A stretch of DNA of 64,000 nt from Malacoraja senta. Lineage: Eukaryota. The notes below the pieces were generated by a model. The model ran no database searches, had not been told where the DNA came from, and saw nothing but the letters and a program-made list of their open reading frames with translations. Shown here one piece after another: positions 63,650 through 64,000 of this stretch. Position 1 is the stretch's first letter, and every line of letters starts with the position of its first letter. The stretch spans positions 8,434,001 through 8,498,000 of the forward strand of contig CM075991.1 of assembly GCA_038087875.1 (NCBI GenBank), written 5' to 3'. Position numbers and translations under genes: made by a program.

Positions 63650-63788
63650 GGGGTGGAAGATTGCAACCTTCACGTGGTCCGCCCTGTTTCGACTAATGCA
63701 ATCAACTCGACGTGCACAAACGGAAGATCAAATAGAACAAGTTGTCCAACAACTTTAGGCTGTGCACGCCACACGAAAGAAGAAGAAG
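63650..63788 (+). mobile_element. HDV-ribozyme element copy C
   Basis: TSD CAGAAGGAACTGC at 63636-63648 and 63789-63801; 4 substitutions relative to copy A; intact ribozyme at 63650-63702. Confidence 0.9.
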
Positions 63789-64000
63789 CAGAAGGAACTG
63801 CAGATGCTGGAACAATCGAAGGTAGACAAAAAATGCTGGAGAAACTCAGCGGGTGAGGCAGCATTCCGCCTCCAGATTCAGGGACAATTTCTTCCCAACT
63901 GTTCTCAGGCAACTTACCAAAGCCAATGAACCTGCAAGCCTGCATTGTCTTTGGAGTGTGGGAGGAAACTGGGGCATCCGTTGAAAACCAACGCGGTCAC

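Overview
Vertebrate genomic DNA, almost certainly from a cartilaginous fish (skate or ray), judged from HE1-type V-SINEs and CR1/HER1, Rex1 and Penelope repeats. One protein-coding gene can be reconstructed by hand: REEP4 on the minus strand, with 8 coding exons, all GT-AG, from ATG at 37819 to TGA at 1058 (816 nt, 271 aa), and a CpG-island 5' region at ~37.8-39.0 kb. About 9.4 kb (31614-41036) is repeated almost identically at 41237-50661 across a 200-N gap, which is most likely an assembly overlap artefact. The rest is dense transposon debris. The most striking feature is a ~138-bp non-autonomous retroelement with three independent insertions (plus one copy in the duplicated block), each with a 13-14 bp TSD and a (GAA)n tail. 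Its first 53 nt fold into a complete minimal HDV-like ribozyme, and the predicted cleavage site (G1) coincides with the element's 5' boundary. Abundant Penelope-derived inserts also carry hammerhead-like cores. Repeat boundaries are read by eye and are approximate unless a TSD is given.
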